Assembly (NCBI GenBank): GCA_963802225.1
Contig: CAWDHZ010000014.1
Location: 71,022-135,021 of the forward strand
DNA: 64,000 bases
Direction: 5' to 3'
DNA from: an uncultured delta proteobacterium
Lineage (GTDB): Bacteria > Desulfobacterota > Syntrophia > Syntrophales > UBA2192
Below, in pieces: positions 1 through 11,202 of the stretch. A program made the position numbers and the translations under genes. Within the stretch, counting starts at the first letter, position 1. The number at the start of each line of letters is the position of its first letter. The notes beneath the pieces were generated by a model that saw nothing but the letters and a program-made list of their open reading frames with translations, was not told the origin of the DNA and did no database searches.

Positions 1-50
1 CCGATGGCGAAGAGAACGATTCCCAGTCCGACGACGTGTTCCAGGCTCAT
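1..50 (-). CDS. nuoK: NADH-quinone oxidoreductase subunit K, 5' fragment (runs off window)
   Basis: ATG at 50 overlaps the nuoJ stop (ATGA); reads MSLEHVVGLGIVLFAIG, a typical NuoK start; position after nuoJ. Confidence 0.8.
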   Translation of the reverse strand, partial: MSLEHVVGLGIVLFAI

Positions 51-562
51 GAGGGATCCTTTTCCTTTCTCGTGATGAGGACGGCCCCGACGGCGGCGGC
101 AAGGAGCAGCACGGAGGTCAGCTCGAAGACGAGCAGGTGCCGGCTGAAGAGCTCCAGCGCGATTGCAGCCACACCGGGTCCGGGGCGAAGCCCGCTCCCC
201 GCACCGGCGGGGATCGATAGGTTTACGGCCCTCCAGCCGAGCCATGCCATCCCCGCCGTCAGCCCGACAGCGGCGGCGCTTACGGCAACGGCGGCCGGGG
301 AACGGGGGATGCCCGAGGCAGGCCCCTTGAGGTTCAGGAGCATGACGACGAACAAAAACAGCACGAGGACGGCCCCGATGTAGACGATGACCTGGAAGAG
401 GGCCATCACGGTTGCCCCCATGAGGGCGTAGAGGCCCGCCGTGGCCAGCATGGCCGCAAGCAGCGCCATGACGCAGTTGACGGGGTTGCGCAGGACCACG
501 ACACACAGGGCCGATGCGACGGCCGCAAGGGCAAGGCCCCAGAAGAGGATCGATTCGATCAT
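47..562 (-). CDS. nuoJ: NADH-quinone oxidoreductase subunit J
   Basis: C-terminal part of ORF 47..2146: MIESILFWGLAL...QVIVYIGAVLVLFLFVVMLL...FELTSVLLLAAAVGAVLI; GGAGGG RBS. Confidence 0.93.
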   Translation of the reverse strand: MIESILFWGLALAAVASALCVVVLRNPVNCVMALLAAMLATAGLYALMGATVMALFQVIVYIGAVLVLFLFVVMLLNLKGPASGIPRSPAAVAVSAAAVGLTAGMAWLGWRAVNLSIPAGAGSGLRPGPGVAAIALELFSRHLLVFELTSVLLLAAAVGAVLITRKEKDPS

Positions 563-1002
563 GGGTTTCCCTCCCCCTTTCGGTCCGGCTTCGCCCCGCG
601 GCCCGGCACGGCCAGAAGCCGCTCCGTGGTGTAGACGAGGGGCTCGCGGCCGCAGGTGGCCAGTTCGTACTCGCTGCCCATTGCAATGGCCTCCACGGGA
701 CAGGCCTCCACGCAGAGCCCGCAGAAGGCGCAGCGATTGAGATCGAGGGTGTAGCTTGCAAGCGCCCGGATGCCGTCGGGCCCCGTTTCGGCAGCGACGG
801 TGATGCAGAGGCTCGGGCAGATCTTTTCGCAGAGGCCGCAGGCCACACAGCGGGGCGTTTCGTCCTCGCGGGCAAGCAGCACCGGCCGCCCACGGAAGCG
901 CTCCGGCACGGGCCGTTTCTCGTCGGGGTACTCCACCGTGACGGGCCGGCGGAAAAACGTTTTCAAGGTGAGGGCCAAACCCTTCAGCAGGGCCTTGCTC
1001 AT
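559..1002 (-). CDS. nuoI: NADH-quinone oxidoreductase subunit I
   Basis: TVEYPDE..RFRG, two CxxCxxCxxxCP [4Fe-4S] motifs. Confidence 0.95.
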   Translation of the reverse strand: MSKALLKGLALTLKTFFRRPVTVEYPDEKRPVPERFRGRPVLLAREDETPRCVACGLCEKICPSLCITVAAETGPDGIRALASYTLDLNRCAFCGLCVEACPVEAIAMGSEYELATCGREPLVYTTERLLAVPGRGAKPDRKGEGNP

Positions 1003-1011
1003 GGCAGCTCC

Positions 1012-1967
<956 letters not shown>

Positions 1968-1971
<4 letters not shown>

Positions 1972-4305
1972 GTGCCGATCCTCGCAATGGCCGCCGGCAC
2001 GACGTCCGTGCCCGGCCGGATGAGGGAGAGCCCCGCGGCGCTGCCCGACGCGTGGCGAAGAAGGAGCATCGCGCGCGGCATGGCCGCGTCGTGCCCCGCC
2101 TCGGCCCGGGCGGTCCCGAAGGGGGTCCGGACCTCCACGATTTCACGCTCCCCGAGCCCCATCTGCTCGAAGTCCTCCCCGTTCATCACGATCTGAAGAC
2201 CCCGGCGGATCTGTGCCAGATCGGGGCTTTGCCGCGACAGAAGCCCGTCGCCGAAAAGCGAGGGCACCGCCGTGAGACGGAAGGAAAACCCATGCCCGGC
2301 GTCCTGCGGCATTGCTGAACGGGCGGGACCCGCCTGATCCTGCGCCACCGATGGCGAAACGATGCGGGGCGTGTCTTCCCTTCCGAGGGCCCCGGCGAGG
2401 TCCCGGAGGATCTCCCGGTCCGGCCGGCACTGCCCGAAGGGGGGAAGGACGGGACGGATCTCGTTTTCGAAACCCAGCACCGAGAGGGTCGAGCCCCCCT
2501 TCTCCGGGATCAGGGCCGACGGAAGGACCACGTGGGCCAGATCCGTCACGGCTGTTTCGTAGGGGCTCTGGCAGACGATGAGGTCGAGCCTTTGCAGGGC
2601 GGCCCTGACCCTGGCCGGTTCCGGCAGGGTTTCGAGGGGGTCCTCGCCCAGGAGGTAGAGGGCCCGGATGCGGCCGGCCTCGATCGCCTCGATCAGTGAA
2701 AGTCCGTCCGCGGCGGCGCCGCAGGACAGCAGGCCGGCCTTTCGGAGGGCGCCGGCACTGTTGACCTGGGCCCCGAGGGGAAGGATCGACCTTGCCGGTC
2801 ATGGAGCAGCGCGGCAAGCCGTGCTCTCTGCAGGTTGTCCCCGAAGGGGTCCGGCGCAACAAGGACCGTCGTCTTCCGGTCCGCCCCGAGAAGGGCGATG
2901 AGCCTGGCGAGCCCGCAGGTGTCGACGCCGAACCGGGAGATGTCGGCCGAGGCATGGGTTCGCTCCGCCGAAAGGGCGTCGTGCAGTTCCGCGAAGAAGT
3001 CCTCGGCGTATCCCGCCGTGATCGTCAGGGCAAGTGTCGCCCGGCGCGTCAGGGTGTCCGGCCACGACGAAAGGACGACCAGCTCCCTGCCCTCTTTTCT
3101 CATGAGGCCGTTGACGAGGGGCTTCAGGGTCGGGTGCAGCTCGGCGGCCCCGCCTCCCAGGACGATCAGGGTCTCGGCCTCGCTCAAGTCTTTCAACGTT
3201 GCCGGCTCCCAGGACGGCCCCAGCTCCGCGCCGAGAACAGAGTGAATCTGCCGGTACCCCGCCGCCTGGAGGGACCCGATGTCTGCGCAGCCCAGGGTGT
3301 CGCGGAAAAGGGCGCCGCAGACCCGGGCCTCCTCCGTCGTGAGATGGTCCGCCGTGAGCAGGGCAAGGGACGGTTGCGCCGTGGGTGCGCCGGATCCCGT
3401 CGAGGGCCCTCGCGGCGTGTTCGATGGCCTCGCCCCACCCGGTTTGCCGCAGGGCTCCGTCCCGGCGAAGCCGGGGGACCGACAGCCTCGAGGGGCTTTC
3501 GAAGGCTCGCCAGCCGAAGTGGCCCCTCGCGCAGAGGAGCCCCTTCTTGCCGTCTGGCAAAGACGGTCGGCGTCACGCGCCGCAGCCGCCCTTGCTCGAG
3601 GTGGAAGTCGGCCGAGCAGCCCAGGCCGCAGTGGCTGCAGGCGGTGGTCTCCTTTTGAAGCTTCCAGACGCGGCTCCGGTCCTTGAAGAGCTTGTCGTTG
3701 AGGGCCCCCACAGGGCACGTGGAGACGCAGAGCCCGCAGAAGTCGCAGTCGAGGGCTCGCCCCCCGTCGGTTCCCACGAGCGTTTTGTGGCCCCGGTGGA
3801 TGAACTCGATCTCGTCGCGGCCCTGGAGCTCACCGCAGATCCGGACGCAGCGGCCGCAGAGGACGCATCGGGTCATGTCCCGCTCGATGAGCGGCGATTG
3901 GCGATCCACGTAGCGGGCAAAGCGGTCCGTCCCGAAGGGCGCCTCGGTGATGTTGTAGCGGATTACCAGGTCCTGGAGGGTACATTCGCCCGCCTTGTCG
4001 CAGACGGGACAGTCCAGGGGGTGATTGACGAGGATGAGCTGGAGCTGCGTCCGGACGGCCTCCAGGACACCGGGCGTGTCGGTGACGATGTCCATCCGGT
4101 CACGGGCCGGGGTGAAGCATGACGGGATGAGGCTGCCCGGTTTCTTGCGGTCCTCCACGACGCACAGGCGGCAGGCCCCGTAGGGGGTGATCCGCTTGTC
4201 GTGGCACAGCGTCGGGATGAAGACGCGGGCCCTCTCGGCGGCCTCCAGAATGGTGCTCCCCCGGGGAACGGTGACCTCGATGTCGTTGATCTTCAGGGTG
4301 ATCAT
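1968..4305 (-). CDS. nuoG: NuoG-like subunit (2Fe-2S, His-4Fe-4S, 2x4Fe-4S, molybdopterin-oxidoreductase fold); split by about 3 frameshifts near 3565, 3370 and 2790
   Basis: IPTLCH..GACRLCVVE, HPLDCPVCDKAGECTLQD, RCVLCGRCVRIC, CSHCGLGC, LCARGHFG, DLAHVVLPSALIPEKGGS recovered across ORFs 3193..4305, 2799..3560, 2693..3718 and 1968..2549. Confidence 0.85.
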
Positions 4306-4314
4306 GGTTTGCCT

Positions 4315-6102
4315 CTAGTGTATCGCCTTGAACTTGCAGGCCCGGATACAGGATTTGCAGCGGATGCACTTCTCGCGGTGAAGGACGGCCACTTCCTTCT
4401 TCTGCCAGGTGATGGCGTCCACGGGACAAACCTTGGAGCAAAGGCCGCAGCGCTTGCAGGACTCCGCATCGACCTCGAAGCGCAGAAGGTCCACGCAGAC
4501 GAGCGCCGGGCATCGCTTTTCCCGGATGTGGGCCACGTACTCGTCGTGGAAGTACCGCAGGGTGCTCAACACGGGGTTGGGCGCCGCCTGGCCGAGCCCG
4601 CAGTGGGAGGTGGAGGCGATGTGGTTCGCCTGCCTCTCCAGCAACTCCAGGTCGGAGGGCTCCCCCTGACCGACGATGATCTTTTCCAGTGTGCCCAGCA
4701 TGACCCTGAGGCCCACGCGGCAGGGTACGCACTTGCCGCAGGATTCGTCGACGCAGAACTGCGTGAAGAACCGGGCCACGTCCACCATGCAGTTCGTGTC
4801 GTCCATGACGACAATGCCGCCCGAGCCCATCATGGCGCCCGCGTCCTGCAGGGAGTCGAAGGTCACCGGCAGGTGAAGGTGCTCCTCCGTGAGGCACCCC
4901 CCCGAAGGCCCGCCGAGCTGGACCGCCTTGAATCGCGCGTTCCCCCGAATCCCCTCGCCGATCTCGAAAATGATCGTCCGCAGGTCCGTCCCCATGGGCA
5001 CTTCCACGAGCCCCACGTTTTTCACGGCGCCCGTGAGCGAGAAGACCTTCGTGCCCGTGCTGTCCTCGGTGCCGATGGAGCGGAACCATTGGCCACCGTT
5101 GAGGACGATCTGGGGAACGTTGGCGAAGGTCTCCACGTTGTTGAGACATGTGGGCTTCCCCCAGAGGCCCGACTCGGTGGAGCGGGGCGGCTTGGTGCGC
5201 GGCATGCCGCGCTTTCCCTCAATGGAGTACATGAGCGCCGTCGACTCGCCGCAGACGAAAGCCCCCGCCCCGGGGTAGATGTCGATGTCGAATTCGAAGC
5301 CCGTTCCCAGGATGTTGCGGCCCAAAAATCCCTTCCCGCGGGCCCGGTCGATGGCCGTCCGCAGCATCCTCAGGGCCAGGGGGTATTCGGCCCGGACGTA
5401 GATATGTCCCTGGTGGGCTCCGATGGCGTACCCGCAGATGATCATCCCCTCCAGGACGGCGTGGGGATCGGACTCCATGACGCTGCGATCCATGAAGGCG
5501 CCGGGGTCGCCCTCGTCGCCGTTGCAGATGACATACTTGGGGAACGCCCCGTACTTGCGGGCCTCCTCCCACTTGGTGCCCGTGGGAAAGCCCGCTCCGC
5601 CCCGGCCGCGCAGCCCCGAGAGCTTCACCTCGCCGATGACCGCCTCGGGCGTCATGGCCGTCAGCGTCTTGTAGAGGGCAAGGTAGCCGTCATGGGCGAT
5701 GTACTCCTCGATCGACTCGGCGTCGATGTGGCCCCGGTTGCGAAGCACGATGAGCTTCTGCTTCGCGAAGAAGTCCAGGTGCTCGATCCCGGGAATCTCC
5801 TTCTCGGTGCGGGGCTCGCTCAGAAGCGGCGAGGTGGGGTGCTGCAGCGAGGCGAAGAACCCCTTCAGGGTCTCCGTGAAGTGCTCCTCCGAGAGGACCT
5901 GGAAGACCTTTCCGCCCGGCAGGAACATGATGGAGGGCCCCTGGAAGCACGAGATCAGGCAATCCGTTTCCACGAGGCCGATCCGCCCCCGGTAGCCCAG
6001 TTCGTCGAGGGCCTTCTCCAGCAGCGAGCGCACGTCGATGGGCTTGCGGAATTTGCACTTGCGGCTCGCGCAGTAGGCGATCTTGCTGACCGACGAGATC
6101 AT
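4315..6102 (-). CDS. nuoF: NADH-binding flavoprotein NuoF/HydB-type with N-terminal thioredoxin-like 2Fe-2S domain and C-terminal 2x[4Fe-4S]
   Basis: SGLRGRGGAGFPTG.KW, CNGDEGDPGAFMDR, GAGAFVCGESTAL, GGPSGG, ESCGKCVPCR, C-terminal ferredoxin; start MISSVSK at 6102. Confidence 0.93.
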   Translation of the reverse strand: MISSVSKIAYCASRKCKFRKPIDVRSLLEKALDELGYRGRIGLVETDCLISCFQGPSIMFLPGGKVFQVLSEEHFTETLKGFFASLQHPTSPLLSEPRTEKEIPGIEHLDFFAKQKLIVLRNRGHIDAESIEEYIAHDGYLALYKTLTAMTPEAVIGEVKLSGLRGRGGAGFPTGTKWEEARKYGAFPKYVICNGDEGDPGAFMDRSVMESDPHAVLEGMIICGYAIGAHQGHIYVRAEYPLALRMLRTAIDRARGKGFLGRNILGTGFEFDIDIYPGAGAFVCGESTALMYSIEGKRGMPRTKPPRSTESGLWGKPTCLNNVETFANVPQIVLNGGQWFRSIGTEDSTGTKVFSLTGAVKNVGLVEVPMGTDLRTIIFEIGEGIRGNARFKAVQLGGPSGGCLTEEHLHLPVTFDSLQDAGAMMGSGGIVVMDDTNCMVDVARFFTQFCVDESCGKCVPCRVGLRVMLGTLEKIIVGQGEPSDLELLERQANHIASTSHCGLGQAAPNPVLSTLRYFHDEYVAHIREKRCPALVCVDLLRFEVDAESCKRCGLCSKVCPVDAITWQKKEVAVLHREKCIRCKSCIRACKFKAIH

Positions 6103-6491
6103 TCGATCTCCACCCGTTTCTGGGGCCTTTCGAGCCCCTGCCCGATGGCGTACTCCGCCTTGGGGTGCCCGCCCAGGACGTGGCTGTAGAAGATCTCCCG
6201 GGTCTTCGCGGCATCGAGCTTGCCGTACTTGACGGGCGTCTGACCGGGAAGATGGACCGTGATCATGGGCTCCATGCTGCAGAGCCCCGCGCAGCCCGTG
6301 ATGCGCAGCTTCACGTTTGCAACGCCCAGGCGCTCGATCTCCCCCTGCAGGGCCGAAAAGACATTGCGGCCCCCGGCGGCGATGCCGCAGGTGCCCATGT
6401 GGACATCGACGGTGACGACGCCCTCTTCGAGCTCTTTTTTCCGCTCGTCGATGTAGGCTTCCTTGATCTCGCTCAGTTCCTTGATGGTCAT
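6099..6491 (-). CDS. Thioredoxin-like (2Fe-2S) ferredoxin, HydD/HndB-like subunit
   Basis: VHMGTCGIAAGG...TGCAGLCSMEP..V....YG. Confidence 0.9.
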   Translation of the reverse strand: MTIKELSEIKEAYIDERKKELEEGVVTVDVHMGTCGIAAGGRNVFSALQGEIERLGVANVKLRITGCAGLCSMEPMITVHLPGQTPVKYGKLDAAKTREIFYSHVLGGHPKAEYAIGQGLERPQKRVEIE

Positions 6492-6509
6492 GACCGCTCA
6501 CTCCCTGTT

Positions 6510-6992
6510 TCAGGCCTTTTCGATGATCTCTTCCACGTGTTCGGGGTCGATGAGGCCGAAGGTCTCTTCGCCGATGACGACGACGGGCGCCAGGCCGCAG
6601 GCCCCGAGGCAGCGGACCTCCTCGATGGAGTACTCGCCGTCGGCCGTGACTTCCCCTTCCCCGACACCGATCTTCTGCTTGAGCCGGTCCAGGATCTCGC
6701 CGGATCGCTTCACGTAACAGGCCGTCCCGCTGCAGACCTTGACGACCTTGCGCCCCCGGGGGACCGTGCTGAAATAGGAATAGAAGGTCACGACCCCGGA
6801 GACCTTGCTCGGGGGGACTCCCATCTTCGAGGCGATATAGCGCTGCAGATCCACGGGCAGGTACAGGGTGATGTCCTGCGCCTTTTCAAGAGCGATGAGC
6901 AGAGCGCCGGGAACCTTCCGGTGCGCCTCGATGACGGCGTCCACCTTCGCCATCTGCTCCTCGGAGAATTGCTGTACGAGTTGACGTCTCAT
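6510..6992 (-). CDS. nuoE: NADH-quinone oxidoreductase subunit E / HydC-like 2Fe-2S subunit
   Basis: VVTFYSYF, VCSGTACYV, VRCLGACGLAPV. Confidence 0.93.
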   Translation of the reverse strand: MRRQLVQQFSEEQMAKVDAVIEAHRKVPGALLIALEKAQDITLYLPVDLQRYIASKMGVPPSKVSGVVTFYSYFSTVPRGRKVVKVCSGTACYVKRSGEILDRLKQKIGVGEGEVTADGEYSIEEVRCLGACGLAPVVVIGEETFGLIDPEHVEEIIEKA

Positions 6993-7036
6993 AACCTTTC
7001 TTTCCTTTGATCTTTATCCTTTAGCCTGCAGCCTCT

Positions 7037-8206
7037 TTACCGGTCCACCTCGGCCAGCACGATGTCCAAGGCCCCGATGACGGCCACGACGTCGGCCAGG
7101 AGCCTGCCGCGGACCATCTTCACGAGGCCCTGGAGATTGACAAAGGAAGGGGGGCGGACCTTGAGCCTCAGCGGCCGGCTTCCCCCGTCGCTCACGATGT
7201 AGAAGCCCAACTCCCCCCGGGGCGACTCGACGGCGTGATAAACCTCCCCGGCAGGCGGCTTGAAGCCCTCCATGACGAGACCGAAGTGCCGGATGACGGC
7301 GGCGATGTTCTGCTTCAGCTCACCCTTTGCCGGAAAAACGGCGGTCGAGCCCGGCGTCGTCCAGGGCCCCTCGGGCAGCCCGTCGACGGCCTGCCTGGCA
7401 ATGCGGGCGCTTTCGCGCATCTCCCGGATCCGGACGCGGTAGCGGTCATAGACATCCCCCGCCTCCCCGACGGGTATTTCAAAATGAAATTCGTCGTAAC
7501 AGCAGTAGGGTTGCGCCTTTCGGAGATCGAGGGCCTGCCCGGCGCCGCGCAACATCGGCCCCGAGATGCCCAGGCGGACGCACTCCGAGGCATCGAGGAC
7601 GCCGACCCCTTTCGTCCGGTATTTCCAGATGGGGTTATCCGTGAGAAGCGTCTCGTACTCGTCCACCCGGGCCTGGAAGGTGTCCGTGAAGGATCGAACG
7701 GCCTCGACGAAACCGGCATCGATGTCGGCGGCAAGCCCGCCGATCCTCAAAAAGCTCGGCGTCAGGCGTGAACCCGAGAGGGACTCGAAGATGTCCATAA
7801 GGGCTTCGCGCTCCCGCATGGCGTAAAAGAGCGGCGTCATGGCCCCCATGTCGTGGGCGTGGGTGCCCAGCCAGAAAAGATGGCTTGCGATCCGCTGCAG
7901 CTCTGCCAGGGCCGCCCGCACATATTGCGCCCGCCGGGGCACCTCGATGTCCATGAGCTTTTCCACCGCCATGACATAGGCCAGGTTGTTGCTGAGGGCC
8001 GCCAGGTAGTCGAGGCGGTCGGTGAGCACGATGATCTGGTGATAGGTGCGGTTCTCGGCGAGCTTCTCGATGCCCCGGTGCAGAAAGCCGATGTCGGGAC
8101 GGGCGTCGACCACGGTCTCGCCGTCCAGTTCGAGGACAACCCGCAAAACACCGTGGGTGCTCGGGTGCTGGGGGCCCAGGTTGAGGCTCAGGGTCTCGGC
8201 GCTCAT
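7037..8206 (-). CDS. nuoD: NADH-quinone oxidoreductase subunit D
   Basis: [45 protein letters not shown]; no NiFe CxxC motifs. Confidence 0.96.
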   Translation of the reverse strand: MSAETLSLNLGPQHPSTHGVLRVVLELDGETVVDARPDIGFLHRGIEKLAENRTYHQIIVLTDRLDYLAALSNNLAYVMAVEKLMDIEVPRRAQYVRAALAELQRIASHLFWLGTHAHDMGAMTPLFYAMREREALMDIFESLSGSRLTPSFLRIGGLAADIDAGFVEAVRSFTDTFQARVDEYETLLTDNPIWKYRTKGVGVLDASECVRLGISGPMLRGAGQALDLRKAQPYCCYDEFHFEIPVGEAGDVYDRYRVRIREMRESARIARQAVDGLPEGPWTTPGSTAVFPAKGELKQNIAAVIRHFGLVMEGFKPPAGEVYHAVESPRGELGFYIVSDGGSRPLRLKVRPPSFVNLQGLVKMVRGRLLADVVAVIGALDIVLAEVDR

Positions 8207-8661
8207 GACTGCTTCACTCCCTCCAGGGGGAAGTCCTTCCGCAGGGGGTGCCCCTCGAAGTCCTCCGGCAGCAGGATCCTTCTGAGATCGGGGTGATTGC
8301 GGAACCGGATGCCGAACAGATCGAAGCACTCCCTCTCGTGCCAGTCGGCCGTCTCCCAGACGGACACGACGGAGTCGATGACCGGGTCCTCTCCCCCGAG
8401 GGGGACCTTGACCCGGAGACGGTGGCCGTGGCGCAGCGAAAACAGGTGGTAGACCACCTCGAAGCGCGGGGCTTGCGGGGTAAGCGGTCCACGCCGCACA
8501 GATCGGACAGGAAATCGAAGGCGAGGGCCTCTTCGTCCCGGAGGGCTTTGCAGAGAGACACGATGCGCGTCACGGTCGACGGTAAGGCTCGTCTCCCCCC
8601 GGAAGACGGTCACCTCGCCGATGGCTGCGCCGAAACGTTCACGGATCGCGTCGAGGTTCAT
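8203..8661 (-). CDS. nuoC: NADH-quinone oxidoreductase subunit C (two compensating frameshifts near 8570 and 8485)
   Basis: [11 protein letters not shown] in one frame; [42 protein letters not shown] in the other. Confidence 0.92.
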   Translation of the reverse strand: MNLDAIRERFGAAIGEVTVFRGETSLTVDRDAHRVSLQSPPGRRGPRLRFPVRSVRRGPLTPQAPRFEVVYHLFSLRHGHRLRVKVPLGGEDPVIDSVVSVWETADWHERECFDLFGIRFRNHPDLRRILLPEDFEGHPLRKDFPLEGVKQS

Positions 8662-9137
8662 CGCGCGCCTCCCTGTGCCTCGCGGGCGATCTTTTCCTGG
8701 AGCCGGATCAGGCCGTCGAGCAGCGCCTCGGGCTTGACGGGGCAGCCCGGGATGTAGACGTCGACGGGCAGGAACGTGTCGACCCCCTGGACCACGGCGT
8801 AGGTCGGGAAGAGCCCGCCCGAGCATGCGCAGGCGCCCATGGCCACCACCCATTTCGGTTCGGCCATCTGGTCGTAGAGGCGTTTCACCGCGGGGGCCAT
8901 CTTGCAGGTCACCGTACCGGCAACGATCATCACGTCGGCCTGGCGGGGCGAGGGGCGGAAGACCTCCATGCCGAACCGGGCCATGTCGTAGCGGGCGGCG
9001 GCCGTGGAGATCATTTCGATGGCGCAGCAGGCCAACCCGAACGTCAGCGGCCACAGGGAGTTCTTCCGGGCCCAGCCGACGACACGGTCGAGGTTTGCCG
9101 TGACGATGGTGGTTTTACCGATCCGTTCTAGTCCCAC
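8658..9137 (-). CDS. nuoB: NADH-quinone oxidoreductase subunit B
   Basis: [45 protein letters not shown]; GTG start at 9137. Confidence 0.95.
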   Translation of the reverse strand: MGLERIGKTTIVTANLDRVVGWARKNSLWPLTFGLACCAIEMISTAAARYDMARFGMEVFRPSPRQADVMIVAGTVTCKMAPAVKRLYDQMAEPKWVVAMGACACSGGLFPTYAVVQGVDTFLPVDVYIPGCPVKPEALLDGLIRLQEKIAREAQGGAR

Positions 9138-9482
9138 TGCAGGTCTCCTTTTCGCCAGACATAGACAAGGGCCGCCAGCAGGACGGCGATGAAGACGAAC
9201 ATCTCGACGAGTCCGAAGGCCCCGAGATCCCGGACGACGACGGCCCAGAGGTACAGAAAGACGATTTCCACGTCGAAGATCGACGAAGAGCAGGGCCACC
9301 TTGTAGAACCGGACGGGAAACTGCGTGTGCGCCTTCTCGATGGGCAGCATGCCGCACTCGTAAGGCACGTCTTTTTCGGCCGTGAGGGGACGGCGCCCGA
9401 CCCGGTGGGACACCAGGAGGATCGCGGCGGCCGACCCGACGACCAGAAGGAGGTAGATAAACATGGAAAAGGAAGCTGTCAT
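9128..9482 (-). CDS. nuoA: NADH-quinone oxidoreductase subunit A (frameshift near 9280)
   Basis: KDVPYECG...RFYKVALLF then [13 protein letters not shown]...[11 protein letters not shown] in the shifted frame. Confidence 0.9.
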
Positions 9483-9521
9483 CCCGTCAAGAATTCCCCT
9501 GTCTTTTGGATACAGCTATAG

Positions 9522-9537
9522 GGCAACGGCTGTGCCA
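9522..9537 (-). promoter_or_regulatory. sigma54 -24/-12 promoter of the nuo operon
   Basis: Minus strand TGGCAC-AGCCG-TTGC matches the TGGCAC-N5-TTGC consensus about 40 nt upstream of nuoA; IHF-like ATCAA-TCCA-TTG at 9589-9601. Confidence 0.85.
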
Positions 9538-9731
9538 GGGGGGTCCACCCTGCGGAAAGCGGCGGGGCCGAACCGGCGGTTGACGCTTCAATGGATTGAT
9601 GTCAAAAGGAAATATTTAATTCGGCCGGAAGGAATGCCTGCGGCTTTTCCTGTTTCCGGGGCCCTGCAGGAGGGCCGTGGCGAGGCAAAAGTGTTTCAAA
9701 ACGAAATGGGGCGTTCGGTCAGCGAACACCC

Positions 9732-11095
9732 TCAGGGAGACGAGTTAAAGTCCTTTTCGGTTTCCTTGAGCTTTCTCCAGAGCGTCGTGTAGCCGATGCC
9801 CAGCTTCTTCGCCACGAGCTTCTGGTTGTAGTTGTACCTCTGCATGGCCTTGAGGAGGTGGCGGCGCTCCATCTCCTTCAGGGGGATGATCTCGTCGTCC
9901 TTGTGCTGTTCCGCCAGCTTGAGATAGTGCTCGCAGGCCAGGGGGAAATCCTCCGGCTGCAGCGTCTGGTGACCCGACAGCAAGGCGGCCCGCTCGAGGC
10001 TGTTTCGCAACTCCCGGACGTTGCCGGGCCAGGGATAGGCCATCAGCACGGCCATGGCCTGCGCGGAGACGCCCCTGACTCCCGTTGTGAGCCGCTCATT
10101 GATTTCCTGGAGGAAGTAATCGACGAGGGGCAGGATATCCTCCTTGCGCTCCCGAAGCGGCGGGATGACAATGTCGATGACGCTCAACCGGTAGAACAGG
10201 TCCTCGCGGAAGGTCCCCTCGCCGATCATTTTCTTGAGGTCCCGGTTGGTGGCGGCGACGATGCGGACATCGACGGAACGGGATGCCGTGTCCCCCACCC
10301 GACGGATCTCCTTTTCCTGGATGACCCGCAGCAGCTTCGACTGGAACTGCGGCGTGGTGTCGCCGATCTCGTCCATGAACAGCGTCCCCCCGTCGGCCAT
10401 CTCGATGAGCCCCTTGCGGGTCTGCGTCGCTCCCGTGAAGGCCCCCCGGACATATCCGAAGAGTTCGCTCTCGAGGATTTCGTTGGGGAGGGCGGCGCAG
10501 TTGATGGCGACGAATTCCTTGTTGTGCCGGGAGCGTGCTGCGGTTGTGGAGGATCCGGGCGATGAGTTCCTTGCCCGTCCCGCTTTCGCCGTGGATGAGG
10601 ATGCCGCTGTCGACGTCGGAGACCCGGAGGGCCGTCTGGAGGACCTGCTCCATGCTGCGCGACACCCCCACGACCTCGTCGACGAGGTAGCAGTAGGGCT
10701 CGTTGACCCGTCGAAGGGATTTCAGATCGTGCTCGCGGCGGTGCAGGGCGTCGCGGACGATCTCGAGGAATTTCCCGTTGTCCACGGGTTTCATGACGTA
10801 GTTGAGGGCGCCCATCTTGATCGTCTTGACGACGCAGTCGATGGAGCCGAAGGCGGTGACGACGATCACGTCAAGGTTGAGTGAAGTGCTCCCGGATCCA
10901 GTTCAGGAGCCCGACGCAGAGGCAGTCCGGGGCGCACAGATCGGTGACGACCAGATCCGGGACTCTTTGCTCCATGAGTTGCATGGCCTCGATCTCGGTG
11001 GTCGCTTCATCAATCTCGTACCCCTCGTCTCGAAGGAGGGCGGCCAGCGCCGTCCGCGCCGGCTCGTCGTTGTCGACAACTAGGATTCTCTTCAA
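9732..11095 (-). CDS. NtrC-family sigma54-dependent response regulator (REC-AAA+-HTH); frameshifts near 10875 and 10530
   Basis: REC (ILVVDND, DLVVTD, IVVTAFGS), GESGTGKE, ESELFGYVRGAFTGA, LFMDEIG, FREDLFYRL, WPGNVREL, C-terminal HTH. Confidence 0.9.
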
Positions 11096-11202
11096 CCTGA
11101 AAAATAGCCTCCGGGTTACACCCTATCCACTGCAACCTGATCAATCTATATCAGAGATTCCCTGTAATCGACAAGGTTTTCGAACACCCGTGAGACCCGG
11201 CC

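Noticed and set aside
4201-6189. Long plus-strand ORFs (also 16612..18264, 25517..27076, 30483..32204, 53171..55120)
   Set aside because: Antisense shadows of conserved minus-strand genes in GC-rich DNA; no motifs
7037-9137. Group 4 [NiFe]-hydrogenase
   Set aside because: The large subunit lacks both CxxC nickel motifs and has the quinone-site features of NuoD
10869-10875. Selenocysteine or stop readthrough at the TGA in the sigma54 regulator
   Set aside because: The protein continues in a different frame, so this is an indel rather than an in-frame UGA
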